Source: Chrysomallon squamiferum (lineage: Eukaryota; Animalia; Mollusca). Taken from it: 64,000 nt of DNA. A program made the translations under genes and the position numbers. This document shows, one piece after another, positions 42,949-57,801 of the stretch. The DNA lies in NCBI GenBank assembly GCA_012295275.1, contig CM022679.1:12524001-12588000 (forward strand), given 5' to 3'. The notes under the pieces are model-generated. The model made no database searches, was not told where the DNA came from, and saw only the letters and a list, made by a program, of their open reading frames with translations. Each line of letters starts with the position of its first letter. Position 1 is the first letter of the stretch.

Positions 42949-43492
42949 AGGCACACTTCTCCCTCCAAACAAAAGATGAGAAATGTTAATATCTGAAGCC
43001 GTGCCGCATGTTATTGTGACAGGTGCTAAAATTATATACTCTGAACTGCCGAGCGTTTTGTCTAAGCCTTGTCATCGGATAGCTCGCCGAGAGAGAGCGC
43101 CTCTTAGACAAATAATTATTTGCACGAAAGTTTTTAATCCCCATAGTCCACTTTCCTGGCTCATTTAATAGTTTTTTGTGTGTCCCAGACTGACCCCAGT
43201 CGACTGGCTTTTCTAGTTATAATAACATAGTTTTCTCTGTCTTCTTTTAGCAAAATTCGGCGATTAGGTTCCATGCTTGTCCCCTCTCCACTAATCCGTG
43301 TTCATGTTACTGTAGAAATGTTTTTAGTTGTAAATTAATTGTCGTCTAAATACTGACAAATTCACTAATGGTTGACTGAAATGTTTGAATTCTTATTGTT
43401 GTCTCAGTATCAGAAAGTCTTCTAATATTTTTACATTTTTTAACTCTTTCTACCTCACGCCATATCGCTTAATCTTTTTTGTAACTTCTTTA

Positions 43493-43556
<64 letters not shown>

Positions 43557-45010
43557 GTGAGTATTTATAGAACTATGAACTTGTGCAATGTATATATTTA
43601 CTACAAAACTGCTGTTGCTTTTTTTATTATTACCATTATCATCATCATCATCATCATCATTGCCGTTATTCCTGAGATAAACGTTCTTGTTCCCGTTCTT
43701 TGGCAAAAGAAAACACAATTATCACATTCTTCGTGTCGTTTTGTGACAGGATTCAAAAGAGGATTGTTTTTCTAACACATTCTTACCATAATGGTTAAGG
43801 CTGCTACACGTCAGTGCATTGTCTGATGTTGTCGTCGTACGATGGCGACGTAAAAAATAAAATAAAAAATAAAAAGAAGAAAGAGTATTTCTTAAAGATA
43901 TTGCTTTGTCCTGTCAGCTTCTGTGTTCATCCATAATAATCTTGGAAAGAAAGGTTTTGTTTCAAACCGTAATATTACTGTTTTTTGCTGTTGTCATGCA
44001 GGGGACTTTATCTGTTTCGTCCGCTAAAGACAGTTATAACATTTATTATTGTTGTCCTTGTTATATAAGATAATAACGATACATCGTTGTCATTCTTTCA
44101 TTGTTATTATAATTACCATCATTATAATGAATATACAAGGAAAATAAAATTAATTACAAATTGGTCTTTTAATTAAAAACTGTAGTCAGAAGGTTAAAAA
44201 AATCTCTCAGTAAATATATATTTTTTTTATTGCAATAGTAGCAATTTTAGTAGTAACAATAATAATAGTAGCAATAGTAGTAGTAGTAGCATCCGTAACA
44301 GTAGCAGTAGAAATACAATATTGTTATTATTATTACTTGAACAACGATGACGACGATTGCTGCTCCTGTTTCTGTTGTTGTTGTTGTTATTTTGTATATT
44401 TATCTGTACATATTTCATTTTACTATTTTATTATATTCTTTGGTTTGTTCTGGCTTGAAAAATACAGTTTAAAAAAAAATAATAAAATAAATATTAAATA
44501 AATTTCTCTATATTTACAAATAAATTAACTCATTACATGAGCTCTAATACGTGTGATAGTTTTGATATTAATTTCTTTTTTTTAAATAACACACATTTGC
44601 CTAGTCAAGATAAACCGGTCTCAATTTATGGATTTCATACTTATTCAATTTGATTAAGCTATGATGAAAAAGTCAGTAATTACTTTGTCTGTCACGAAAC
44701 AAAATTATATTCAAGTTACTGCAGAATTAACTGAATTCTTCAGATACGGAGAGAGAATGAATTTTTTTAACAAAAATTTTCTTGAAAAAAAAAAACAAAA
44801 AAAAAAAAAAGAATGTCACAATGAACTAAATACAGTTTATTTTAAATATGTAGTTATTTCAACAAACAAAAGATATATATGTATGTATAGGTCTGGTCAC
44901 AATTACGCATGAATATAGTTATTGCAGACAGCAATATGCATTCAAAATGTTCTTTCTCTATTTCATTTTTTTCTGTTTATAAAATTTACACTCACACCCT
45001 TCGTGACACT

Positions 45011-45073
<63 letters not shown>

Positions 45074-46256
45074 ACTGTATAATACTGAAAAATATCAGTT
45101 TTATATTGCAGTGTGTAATGTAAAGTGTGGACGCGACTCCCAGACAAAGACAAAGACTGTCAGTTTGGCGATGTCATCAACGATCAGTGAAGAGGTTTCA
45201 GCTTTCCCGTCACGGCGGGTAATAGGACCACACTCTCGGGTGTGGCTCCTCTCAGACAGGTCAGTGGCGGCGGTCTTGTTCTCCGCTTTGAAGGATGTTC
45301 TGTCGAAAATCCGGTAAGCGAAATGGACGTAAGTCGCGCGCCGGGACCCGTCGGCACGCGCTGGTTAATACAAAACTGGAAATTGGAACAACACCCGAAA
45401 GCGGCTGTTGTGATGAAATGTCTGTTTTGGATGAGTCGAGCGGTGTTTGCGCGAATGACAGGTAACTGTAACAGGATTACGCCGGGGAAAGAGGATAAGC
45501 ATGATGTTTAAAACCTATCCATTTCAAAAGCCAGCAGGAAAAAGGAAATTTTGACAACAAACAATGCACGGAAGGGATGGAGATAGTCACAGGGGATAAA
45601 TGTCTGCGAGATGGGCCTCGGACGACCGCTGCGCCATTGATGAGTGGAACGTCCTCCGCGCGTGCTTTGCTTCCAATAACTGTATTCTTCCGCCGCTATT
45701 ATGCTGCCTAATTTGTTCCAAAGTCGTCCGCTCAAATTACTCCAAATTAACAAAGGATTAGTTTATAAAGATTTACAAAACGACCTTCATTTAAACTGAG
45801 ATGCTTTTTGTACGTGCGTGCTCTCGTGAATATCCAGCTATACTAATTGGTAATTTTACACACCGTGTAGATAAAACGACCGTGGAAATAAATAAAAATT
45901 CTTCTCTATTTTTTTTTTTTACCCTTTCTCTTTTATTATTTTTAAGTATTTCCGCACACGTCTTGTTAGACAATACGATCACTGTTTAACGTGCGGATTC
46001 GTGTTGACAAAGAAGTTATTTTCGAGTAAAAATTATCAAACTGGCAGAAGGCAATAACACGAAGCATTTTTTGTATTTTATAGTGTTAAATCATGCGGAA
46101 AGATTCACAAAGATAACATTGTAAAATAATAAATTCTGGAGTGGTCGCCGAAACAGGTAATTCCGAGACATATTGGAAAGAAAGAAATAATAATTTTTGT
46201 ATGGAAGAATTTTGAGAGAATGATATATATACAATAGCAATAAGCATAATAAAATA

Positions 46257-46380
<124 letters not shown>

Positions 46381-46528
46381 AACTGTTTGTCTTTCTGTCT
46401 ACATATTCAGTTTATCTATCTAATTTTTCTTAATCTCCATTAACTGTTATTTTTCTTGAAATGTAAGTATTTCTGATTTTCCTTTCCACTATAACTTTCT
46501 AAGCTTGCGCATTTATTATTTCTTTAAC

Positions 46529-46581
<53 letters not shown>

Positions 46582-47229
46582 CAACAACAACGACAATAAC
46601 AATAATAAACCTATTATAAATAAAAAAAAAAAATTTTTTTTTTTTTTCTTATTCAAATAAATCATGTTATTAGCTAAAATAAATGTCAAGAGAAAAATAA
46701 AAACGCCACAACGATTAAAATTATGTATTAGTTTAACACAAGCTCGTGTCAAAACCATATTTTTCAACAAACTAAAATAAAATTGCTTAACGTCAGCGAG
46801 CACGTGTTAAAACGAAAACTGAAACCGGCCAACTCGCTTTTCGAAACGCCTTCTTATTATTGCCTAAATCCGCGACCAGTTTTCAACAATTACCCTACCC
46901 CCGTCAGCAATTAAAATCGCAATATCTTTCAAATAGCTCACGTAACATTAATGACTTTTAAATCCTGAAATGATGACGCTGAGACTGCGTATAATTTTAG
47001 CTGCGTAACTCACACTTGTAGAGAAAAGAACCGACACTCTTCGGATTTCGACCGATCCTAAAAGTACTTTACATTTAATCCGGAATTAGATTTCTTCAAA
47101 TTGTAAATCACCGTTCAGATTTGAAATGGATGGAAATCGTGACCTGTAATGGGCGGCTTATGCGTAACATGCTTCAAAGGTTGAGGTCGTGGGATTAAAG
47201 ATAATAAGTACGTGTCCAGTTTGATTAAC

Positions 47230-48440
47230 TAGACCATCCGACAGCCTCCTGTCGGAATAGAGCATCCAACCACTGAAATACAGAAGAAAGCTGCAGCTAC
47301 TGAAATAGCACCTGATATTACACGCCCTCAGCACAGACCACCCCGTCAAGGACCTGGTCCCCGACCAACAAAGACTAGGGCAACCCTTTAAATCGCAAAG
47401 TCTACTACTATCGAATTTCCAGACAAAAGCCAGCGAAATCGAAAGAGAAACTGGAATAGTGGAAATGCTACTGCCGGCATACCACAAAGAAACAAAACCA
47501 GCAATAAATACACCTTTCCTGATCAAAACACAAACAGACAAAAAAGAGTTTCCACCCTTCAAAAAAGCCATATTTCTAGCAGCAGCAAAAACGACCACTA
47601 CAAACAACACACGCACATCTACACTGACGGATCCAAAAACCCAGACAACGGGAGAGTAGGATTCGCCTTCATAGCCCAAGATCACACAAACAAATCCACA
47701 TGCATACAATTCGGCCGTATCAGAAATCACCTTTCGGTGTATACGGCCGAATTGGTCGCCATCATCAGAGGCATGCTGTGGGTAAAACACAACAACAACA
47801 AACACGCAGTGATATTCTCGGACAGCCTAATCCATACAATCCGGACATTCCAGCAGACCAGACCTACTCAGCAGAATACAGCGTCTACACGAAGACACAC
47901 TACATAAAAACAAACAATTAATCATCAAGTGGCTCCCAACGAACTTGCTGACCATTACGCCAAAGAGTCACTCAGCATCAAAGACGAAGACGTCTGCCCC
48001 GACATAGACCTCGGAGCAAACGAAATTCCCTCCATCGCAGCCAAACATTACGACAAACAGTGGCAAAACGAATGGAACAACACCAAAAATAAATGGCACT
48101 TGAACATCAAACCACTCACCAAAAGACCCAAAAATCACACTCGCCAACAAACTACACAACAATCTCACCAAAGTCAGAATTGGTTACTCGACCAACTTAA
48201 ATGCAATCCGATTCAAATATCACAACACCACATCACCCAGTTGTAGCTGTGGACTCTCCGAAACCACGAAACACTACCTATTTCGCTGTCCAATTTTCGC
48301 CAAGGAAAGACAAGCACTATGCAACACACTGGAGGAACTAAAAATCGAGTTCACGCTCCAAAACATCTTGGCATCAAACACGAAAGACAGAGAGTTAGTC
48401 CTCGCTGCAGTAAAATTCTGAACACAAACAACAATTGAAT
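47230..48440 (+). mobile_element. 5'-truncated, degenerate non-LTR retrotransposon (RNase H-containing LINE, I/Nimb-like), ORF2 3' end
   Basis: Across frameshifts: the post-RT motif QPLKYRR (about 47266), RNase H motifs HIYTDGSK (47614), SVYTAELVAI, VIFSDSL and NELADHYAK, and a C-terminal CSCGLSETTKHYLFRCP zinc knuckle (about 48242). The strand shows an A/C-rich bias. Confidence 0.88.
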
Positions 48441-48739
48441 GAATTTATTGACTTACAGATTGATTGGTTGAACAGCTGATTGATGCATGGATGGCTCGGC
48501 TGATTGACGGATCAATTTGAATAGCCAATTAAATTAGTAATTAAAAAATATATATATACATACGTACTGACTTTCAGTCCATACGTCGTAGACGTGCTTC
48601 GCAGCAGCTTGCTCTGATTAGCACGTTAATTTTTTTTCAAGGTTCAAGATTAACAAGAAGGCATGTCGCAATTTCTGCGACCAATTTTTATCCTTGTTAA
48701 ACGTGTAACAACGTGTCTCTGCCCATTGTCGACACAAAC

Positions 48740-48781
<42 letters not shown>

Positions 48782-49060
48782 TGATGATGATGATGATGAT
48801 GATTAAACAAATAAAGAAATTAGGAAAGAAAAACAAAAAATCAAATGAAACAAAGAAAAGCAAAAATAAAAATAAATTAAATTAGACTAAATTTAGATAA
48901 CAACAACAGAGAAATAATAATCAAATTAAATTACAAAGGAGATGCTATCCAATAATAATAATAATAAAAAGAGGAAGAAGAAGAATGTATAATTATTTAT
49001 TTTTGAAAAGATAAATATTAATTTTACATTATCATCATTGTACACATCATCGTCATCATC

Positions 49061-49093
<33 letters not shown>

Positions 49094-50205
49094 CAAAACA
49101 TAAAATAATAATAATAATAATTTTTTATAATGTTCACAAACTGAAACAACTTGTTTTACTTAATTTAATTAACCCATCGTTTACTTTCAACTCCCAGGTT
49201 CAAATATCACGGTCTGGGACAGACGAACACGTAATTGATTATATTTCTAAAAGTGCGCGTGGACCACCGTGATTACGTACGTGAACCGTGAAACGTGGCA
49301 TAGCGCACACTTCGTAAACGAGATTAAAAACTTGAAGCTTGTTTTAAGAAATGTCACAGTCTGAAAGACAGTGAATGATCGGTCGTGGGTAAGCTGTTAG
49401 TTCACTAGATGAGGCTCTAGCTGGTTTGAAAATGACAATAAAATGGCTACAAAGAGGGTTGCATTGACTGCCAGCTAAGTGGATTATGACGAGTTTAATG
49501 TTTTCAGTGATTCACGTCTTCCTTTACTGTACAGCGAGTAAATGAGTATTAATCTGTAAAATGTTAAAACAAATAAAAACCGGTTTTGATCTGGCATTAA
49601 AAAAAAAAAAAAAAAGATAAATTATTAAATTAATGCGAAAACCAAAATTAAATAAATAAATAAATAAATATTGGTTTTAAGCTTCTTTTTTTTTTTTAAA
49701 GTAAATAAGTAAATTAATATGAAAATTAAAAATTAAAACACACATAAATAAATGAACATTTTTTTTTTTACTGCTGTACCCTATAATTGATTCAACACTG
49801 AAATAAACAACGACAAATATATATTAATAACAATGATGATGATGATATTCATCATTATTGTTATGATTATTAATAATATATTTTTATAAGGATAGTATTG
49901 TATTCGTTCACAATATTAACTCTTTTCAGTTCATATCTAAAAATCCTTGAATGAAATTTAGATTTTTTTTTTTTTTTTTAATTCTTTTAGTGTCACTTGA
50001 ACCCACAATTTCTCGAAGCTAGATTTAACTGTTAAATTGATAACAGTGTCATGGCGTCTTGTTATGAAAATGCTGTTCAAAACATGAGTCATTTGCAACA
50101 ACAACAGCAAGGGTCTCCAAAATCGTCACCACAATATTGCGTATTTGCCACCCCTGTGATGTTTCGGCTTTCTTTTTTTGTTGTTTTTTTTTTTTTTATG
50201 AGCAA

Positions 50206-50245
<40 letters not shown>

Positions 50246-51190
50246 TAAATCAATATTTATTTTTTTCTGCCTTTAATCTCTGCCATTGTATTTGTTGTAA
50301 TGTTGCTATCTTTCTGTTGGAGTGTTTTGTCACTAGCAAAGCCTTACTTCATTAATTCATGATATGAGAAGCGCTCGAGAAAGGGAGAGAAAAGGCAGGT
50401 TTTTTTCTTTAATTTACAAGGCTCTTTATGTATTAGTACATTGTTACAGTAAGTTTCATACATGATTATGCTCGCTGCATTGTGGCTAGTCAACACTCGG
50501 AACAAAACCACGTTCCGATTAGTTTTTTGCACGTGTCTTTTCAAAGACCATTTCAAACGCCGCCTCACAAAAAGACAGAAGGCCTCGTGTGTTAAGGTTA
50601 GCGGCAAGAGAGGGCATCGTTCGAAGCAGTTTCAAAGAAATTGAAAATTAATAAGTGTTCGATCAAGGGTTGTCCTGCCAGGCTTAAAATACATTTATTT
50701 TCTCCTCAATGACCGGTCTTTGTCGCGGATGCTGCTGCAACAAGCACGCCACAAGCCCGGGTCTAGCGCGCGCTGTTTGGCACCCTGCCTGCGTGGACTT
50801 CATTGTGGCAAACCTCTTAGCCAACCGCCATTGTTGTGTGGTTTTCGAGTGTTTCAAACGCCACTCACTGAAGACCAAACGAAACCTTACTTCACTTTTG
50901 CTTTATTTCGAGAACAAAGGTCATATCTTTGGGACGGGTGAATAGAAAGGGGGAGAGAAAAAAAAATAAAATAAAAATAGAAAAAAAAAAAACGTTATTT
51001 GACGTACACTGATTGAATAATGTATGGATGGGGGTAAAGGTGTTTAGAAAAGGCCCACATGATATCAACGAGAGAGAGAAAAGTACTAGGGTAGGGAAAT
51101 TGTGGGTATTTTATTTTATTTTGTTTTATTTTATTTTATTTTATTTATCTATTTATGTTTTATCATTTATTTATCTATTCATTTATACCA

Positions 51191-51221
<31 letters not shown>

Positions 51222-51442
51222 GAATCGTTTTTCCATTCTAATAAAAAATTAAAAAAAATAAAAATGATATCAATTTATTTTTCACGTTTTCCCCATTTTT
51301 ATAATATTTATAATAATCGTGAAAACTACGATCATTTTAATCCTTTTTATTATTATTATTATTATCGTCATTATCGTTAACGTCATCATTTTATTATTAA
51401 TCATCGTTATCATCAGTATCGTTATAATCATCATTTTCGTTA

Positions 51443-51482
<40 letters not shown>

Positions 51483-52480
51483 CTTCACTGATCTCTTTCT
51501 TACATAAACGGAATGTGTAACATGTGCGCCCGCATACAAAGCGCACGCGGATCTCGAGTACAAATCTCGGCCTCTTTGGGCTCATAAACTTAACCCATCC
51601 TCCGAGATCCCGTAAGCGAAGCTAGGGTTGAAATACAGTATAACGTGTTTATGTAACATTATAAAATCATGCACTGCTTATATTGTTATTCACAGCGCTT
51701 TAAAACTCTGTTTTTATAGGTCTTTTTGCATCGACACGGTTCATAAACTGCAAATGAACAATCTGTGCAGCTCATAGAGAGCCTCGATGTGACATCAGGG
51801 TGCATATAAATTGACGACTGCAGATAAAAGCGAACTGGGAATAAGAGAAAGAGTTACAGCTGCTTTCAATCATTTTTCTATTACTTCTTCAAATGGCGAC
51901 CAAATGATCTTGTTTTGATAAATAAGCCATAAAAAATGTAAAGAAACCCTGTGTATTATTTTATTTGATTTAGCGAATTTTAAAAAATTATTACAAGACG
52001 AAAGAATTAACTGGGAGCAAAGTTTAATTTTTAAGAAGTTTGGAAAGAAATAATAACAGTAATCGGAATAGGAATAATTCTGTATTATAATTTTTTTTTA
52101 TCGTTGCGTTTAAAAACCATACACCTATGCAGTAAAATTATATTTATATTATGTATGTATGTATGTATGTATGTATGTATATGTGTATGTGTGTATGTAT
52201 GTATGTATGTATGTATGTATGTATGTATGTGTATATGTATATATTTATGTATGTACGTATATGTATGTATTTATGTATGTATGTGTGTGTGTGTGTATTT
52301 ATTTATGTATGTATGTATGTATGTATAATTTACAAACTAAGGTATAACTAAAGCATATTTAAACAAATCCGTTTTATAAACTATGAATATATATAAGTAT
52401 ATAATTCTTATTTCTATAATATTAATTAACAGGAATTAAAATATTTGTCTTTACTATATAAATAAATGTATGCTTGAGAT

Positions 52481-52642
52481 CATAAGCAAGGCAGGGAGTA
52501 GAGGGTTTGATTTGACTGAATGTTTATACTGATAAAGACAAAATTTGTATCAATTTCGTTTTGTTTCTCCCTATTTACCCTCACTGTTTTACCCGAATTT
52601 GGGAGCGAAGTTGTTCCCTGTACCCTGGGTCGTATGCTCATG
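52481..52642. mobile_element. Possible short degenerate MITE
   Basis: Imperfect inverted ends (cataagca / tgctcatg), with a G-rich left interior and a C-rich right interior. Confidence 0.25.
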
Positions 52643-53181
52643 TTTGAACTAAAACATGTTATAATACATATAAAGAATGAATATTTATTTTAACAATATT
52701 AAACACATTTTATTATTAACGACTATCGGTAATATGTAATATTAATAATACATAAGATTATCCAATTTGTGTAGGAAATTCTAAACATTCAGTCTTAAGA
52801 AAAGCTATATATATATATAGATTACAATTTGTGTTTTACAACAGTAATACTGAAAGTTAAATTCTATTACAGATTTATATAATGAAACTGGTCTGCTAGA
52901 CAGATAGACAAACAGATATAAAGGAAGAAAGAAAGAAGAAGAAGAGGACGAATTTAGTATTAAAAAAAAATAAAATAAAATAAACTGTAACTGTAGGTTT
53001 AAATAAAGAAATTATTTTGAATTTTTAAAAATATAATATCTAATAAATTTAAAAACTATAGAAATCACTTCTTTTTCATGTTTATTCTTTTATTTATTTT
53101 TATTTACTTATTTATTTTATTTATTTTTATTTACTTATTTATTTTATTTATTTTTTAATATCGTCATCATCATCATCATTA

Positions 53182-53224
<43 letters not shown>

Positions 53225-55907
53225 TTTGAATATTCATTTATCGGACATCCTATTTTTACCCAGTTATGCATCATTACAATCGGATCGAAAAATCTTTTTT
53301 TCTTTTTAAACGAAATTTAAAAAAAAAAAAAAAAAAAAAAATTAAACAGAAATAACAGACATTTAAAAAAAAGAATAAAAAAAAGAAGAAATAAGCCTTA
53401 GATAATTATACTGTCACTTATGCTGATAATTTGGCTAAAGAGGCTTCGAAATTTGAAACTTAATTCTATTAAGCAAAGCGCTTCGTACGCAAGAGACGAG
53501 TACCAGTTGTACGCTGGTCACGGCACGAGGGGGTCGCGCTCCGAATAAAGATTCTGAATGACACTATTCAGCGTTTTAATGGTTTTGTGTGAATGAAGTG
53601 CAATTTTCCGCCTCGGACGTGAACGCGTTGTTATTCTTGATGCCGAATTAAAAGAAAAGATTTGAATTATAACTTTGTGATGCCCCATCACGGTATGGGA
53701 GATGTCGTTACCGAGAGTAAATTAATTGGTTACTTGACCGGGCTAGAGTGAATGAGGCGCACAGGAGAGGTTTCGTTGCGGGCCATTTCGCGACGCCATT
53801 TTGGCCTCGTTCTGACGTTACGTCATGCGCAAACAAAGAGGCGGAAACGGTCGATCGAATAACAAAACCTTCAAGTGTCCATCCATCCCCTGATATCAAT
53901 GATTTTTTCCCACTTCTGCAAGAATTCATTAAATCTTTAAAATTCATTGTTAAGTGATTTCATGGTCATTTCCTCTAGACACGTTAATACTCGAATCTGT
54001 AGACCGAAGATGTCAGTTTGATTTAAAACTGGATTCTTCAGAAAAAAACGGTTTCAGACGGTCTCCCCATTCCAGTACTATGGAATCACGTCATGGTGAA
54101 TGTACGCCCATTATTTTTATGTGCTCGAATAACTGGACTCTTTAAATCAAATTATAAACGGCTGTCAAGTCAAAATGTTGACACAAGAGCGCGTGTCCAC
54201 TCGGGGCAAGTTTAAGACTGTGTAGAAAGATTTAATCCTCACACTTCCTGCATGAACCATAAATCTTGTGTTAATTTTCTTCCTCTTTTTCCTCTTTTCT
54301 ATCTACTACCATTACTGCTGCTGCTACTACTGCTACTACTACTACTACTACTGTTGCAACTGCTACTAATACCACTGGAATTAATATTACTACTATTGCT
54401 ATTACTATAAACGTTATTACTTCTAACTAATGCTATTTATTATAATATTATTACTACAGTTGATGTTTCTGATTTCATTACTGCTACTAATACTAATCAG
54501 TCTCCGACTACTATATTACAACGATGACTACGACTAGATTTCTGCTTCTTCTTTTATGTCTTGTGATACAGGTACTGTTATACTGATATTACCAATGCTG
54601 CTGCTGCTGATATTACTGAAACTTGGTTGTATATTCATATATACACATATATAAACATATATACATATACATTTTTAAAACAACAGTTTAAATTTTAAAA
54701 ATATTGTTCATCCTTTATTATTACAAAAATCGCCGGATTTTGTTCATCCGTTAGAAACATTTACAAATAAAAATATCATAACTTGTTTTCTTTTGTACGT
54801 ATAACGTAGAATAACCTGAATTCGTGCTATTATTAGAAACCTAATATAATTCTGTTCCTAAACCAGAATTTTTTAAGCACACTATTTTGCTTCTAATCTT
54901 CTCCGACTGGTCTTCTACGGTCTTTCTTTCTTTTATTTTTTTTTTATTTTTTTATTATCTTTTTTTCTGTCCATCTTATCTCTAATTTAAATCAGTTCAC
55001 TTGTTATTAATAATAATTAATTCAAATCGCGGAAAGTCAACAATATTAATACCGGCCTTCCAAAACACAAATTCTTTCACATTCAGTTATACCCCATTCA
55101 GTTAAATAAAAGAGCTCGCCAGATGGGCTTTCTTCCTACAAACAAACAACTTTAAATATACGCCGGACAATAGCGGACTTTTGCCATTCATCATAAGTCG
55201 TTCTGTTGTATTGTTTTGTATTTGCTCCATCTACATAGCCGAGCGTTTCGCTGCAAAGTCTGTCGTCTGCTTCGTTTCGATTGTTTTTGCACACAGCACC
55301 TGCTATTTCATGATGCGCAGTCCCGAGAGGTCGCAACCTCAGATTCGCACCAGTCCTTCATGAAACCTTTTCAAGACTTCAATTATTCCTTTTGTAAGAT
55401 TTATGTCTCTTGAAACTCATTAAATGGCTAATAGCTCTTTATGTAGCTTTTCTTAGGCCTACTACGAAATAGCTCGTTTCTGGACCTTCCCGGTTTCGCC
55501 AATACCGACCCCGGTTTCATAAAAGTATAAAACGAAAGAAACCTCTGACCTCCTTTAACTTTGACCTTTTTCTCCAGGGGTAGCAGTAACCACTGGGTGT
55601 TCAAATGTCGTGCTTATAACCCCACCTGGCTTCAGGGCTGAAGTACTCTGGGGCGTTTTGAAATTGTTTTTTATATTTTTTTTTTATATTTTATATTAAA
55701 GTGGAAATAAACATAATGACCCCTTAGATCGACTAATTCCATTTTTATTTCCAAGAATCACTCGAGGGTGTGGTGCGAATTAAAAACCTACAAATCACGT
55801 TTGGAAGAAAATGTGCACCATGACCGCTGTCTAATCAGTTGACTGTCCCTGACAAGTGCCTCGGGTAATCCTCTGATGATAACTCATAATCTTTACTTGT
55901 ATCTTTG

Positions 55908-55940
<33 letters not shown>

Positions 55941-56069
55941 AAAATTAAGAAGAAAAGGAAAAATTGTGAATGAAATGATTATTCCTTTGGGGAATGACTG
56001 TTCGTCTTTTCATAAAAAAAATTTGTTTTGTTTTTTGTTGTTGTTGTTGTTATAGTTGTTGGTTTTTGT

Positions 56070-56110
56070 TTTTTTATTATTTTTATTTTATTTTATTTTA
56101 TTTTATCTAT

Positions 56111-56145
<35 letters not shown>

Positions 56146-56179
56146 TCTATTTATTTATTTTATTTTATTTTATTTTATT

Positions 56180-56262
<83 letters not shown>

Positions 56263-56440
56263 TTTTATTTTATTTTATTTTATTTTATTTTATTTTATTT
56301 TATTTTATTTATTTATTTATTTATTTTGTTTTTTTATTTTTTTTTTTATTTTTTTTTTTTTTTTCTTTGTTTTATTTTTTTTATTTTATATTTTATTTTA
56401 TTTTTTTTTTATTTTATTTTTATTTTTATTTTATTTTTTT
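56070..56440. repeat. (ATTT)n/(ATTTT)n tract
   Basis: Long A/T-only tetra- and pentanucleotide array. It is the source of the F/I/Y/L-rich ORFs in the ORF track. Confidence 0.95.
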
Positions 56441-56704
56441 GTCTGTGTGTTTGATTGTTGCCTATACGGTATTATTTCACCTATTTTTATTTTAAAAAAT
56501 TCAAAAATTGTTATTTCAGTTGCATTTCTAACGCCAAACATATAACGTAAAAAGGCGCGAGAAAAAACAACAAAAAAACCCTCAGTTTAGTCATCAAGAG
56601 TTTATATTACGGATTGATTATAACGCCTATTAGTATAATACAATATACACTACAGACACATGCATACATACATACATACATATATACATACATACATACA
56701 TCCA

Positions 56705-56738
<34 letters not shown>

Positions 56739-57227
56739 CATACATACATACATCCATACATGCATGCACACACAAAAACTAACACGATATTGTTTTGTTG
56801 TTGTTCAAAATTTAAAATCAGTTTAAATGTTTAAAGAATAATTACCTGTTATGGCCCATACTTTAAATATATCATACAATTCAACACAGTTTGAAAAGTT
56901 AGGAATATAATAATTTTAATTTTGATATAGAAATCAAAGAATTAGATATAAAACACAAATACACCTTACGTTTTTAAACTCTGTGGTTTGTGTGTGTGTT
57001 TGAATATGTTTGTTCTGTAGCTGCCTTCTCTACTTGCGTGAACTGTTTCCACTGTTCCATTTTGTTTGTAAATGTATATCTCAAATTTCATTTTTTCTAA
57101 TTTTTTTCTTTTTTAAAATACATAGCCGCAGATGCATACACCTATGCATTTACCCCACCAACCTTCAGACAGTATTCACTATCTCTAAACATACACACAT
57201 CTACACACACGCACGCACACACGCACA

Positions 57228-57333
<106 letters not shown>

Positions 57334-57757
57334 CACAGAGATTAACCAGTTTCAAAACAACATTAATTCGGCGAGATTTTTCCTCTCTTGTTCTTTCAGC
57401 TTCAGCAAATTATCATATTATTTACACCTAATGGACAACACGTTCTGTTTAGACACACAAATCCCTTGCAACAAAAGAACAATTTCAACAGATCCTTAAC
57501 AGTTGTCATCATTCACTGTGACCCATCAAGCATAGAAGGCTAGTTTACCCAAATTATACGGTTCACATCGGATTGCTTATCTACAATATAAATTCTTGAC
57601 TGCTAAAATACATGCGTTAAAAAAAAAAAAAAAAAAAAAAAGTAAAATAATAATAAAAAACAGCTTTGTGTTTTCTATTTTAATTGTGGTGGTAGTAGGC
57701 GGAAACACGCCCCACATTCCTATCAATAAAATTTATTTGCAAAATGAATAGTTTTTA

Positions 57758-57801
<44 letters not shown>

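Noticed and set aside
43057-43112. 10-bp inverted repeat TTTGTCTAAG/CTTAGACAAA
   Set aside because: The stem is short with an unpaired 36-nt interior, which is expected by chance in 64 kb.
47158-47805. 215-aa minus-strand ORF
   Set aside because: It is antisense to the LINE relic; the recognisable motifs are on the plus strand.
51609-51640. GCGAAGC mini-hairpin resembling a Helitron 3' end
   Set aside because: The stem is bulged, and no CTRR terminus or matching 5' end was found.
55994-56545. Long hydrophobic F/I/Y/L ORFs, also at 10189, 11719, 28446 and 35649
   Set aside because: They are stop-free frames of (ATT)n/(ATTT)n repeats, not membrane proteins.
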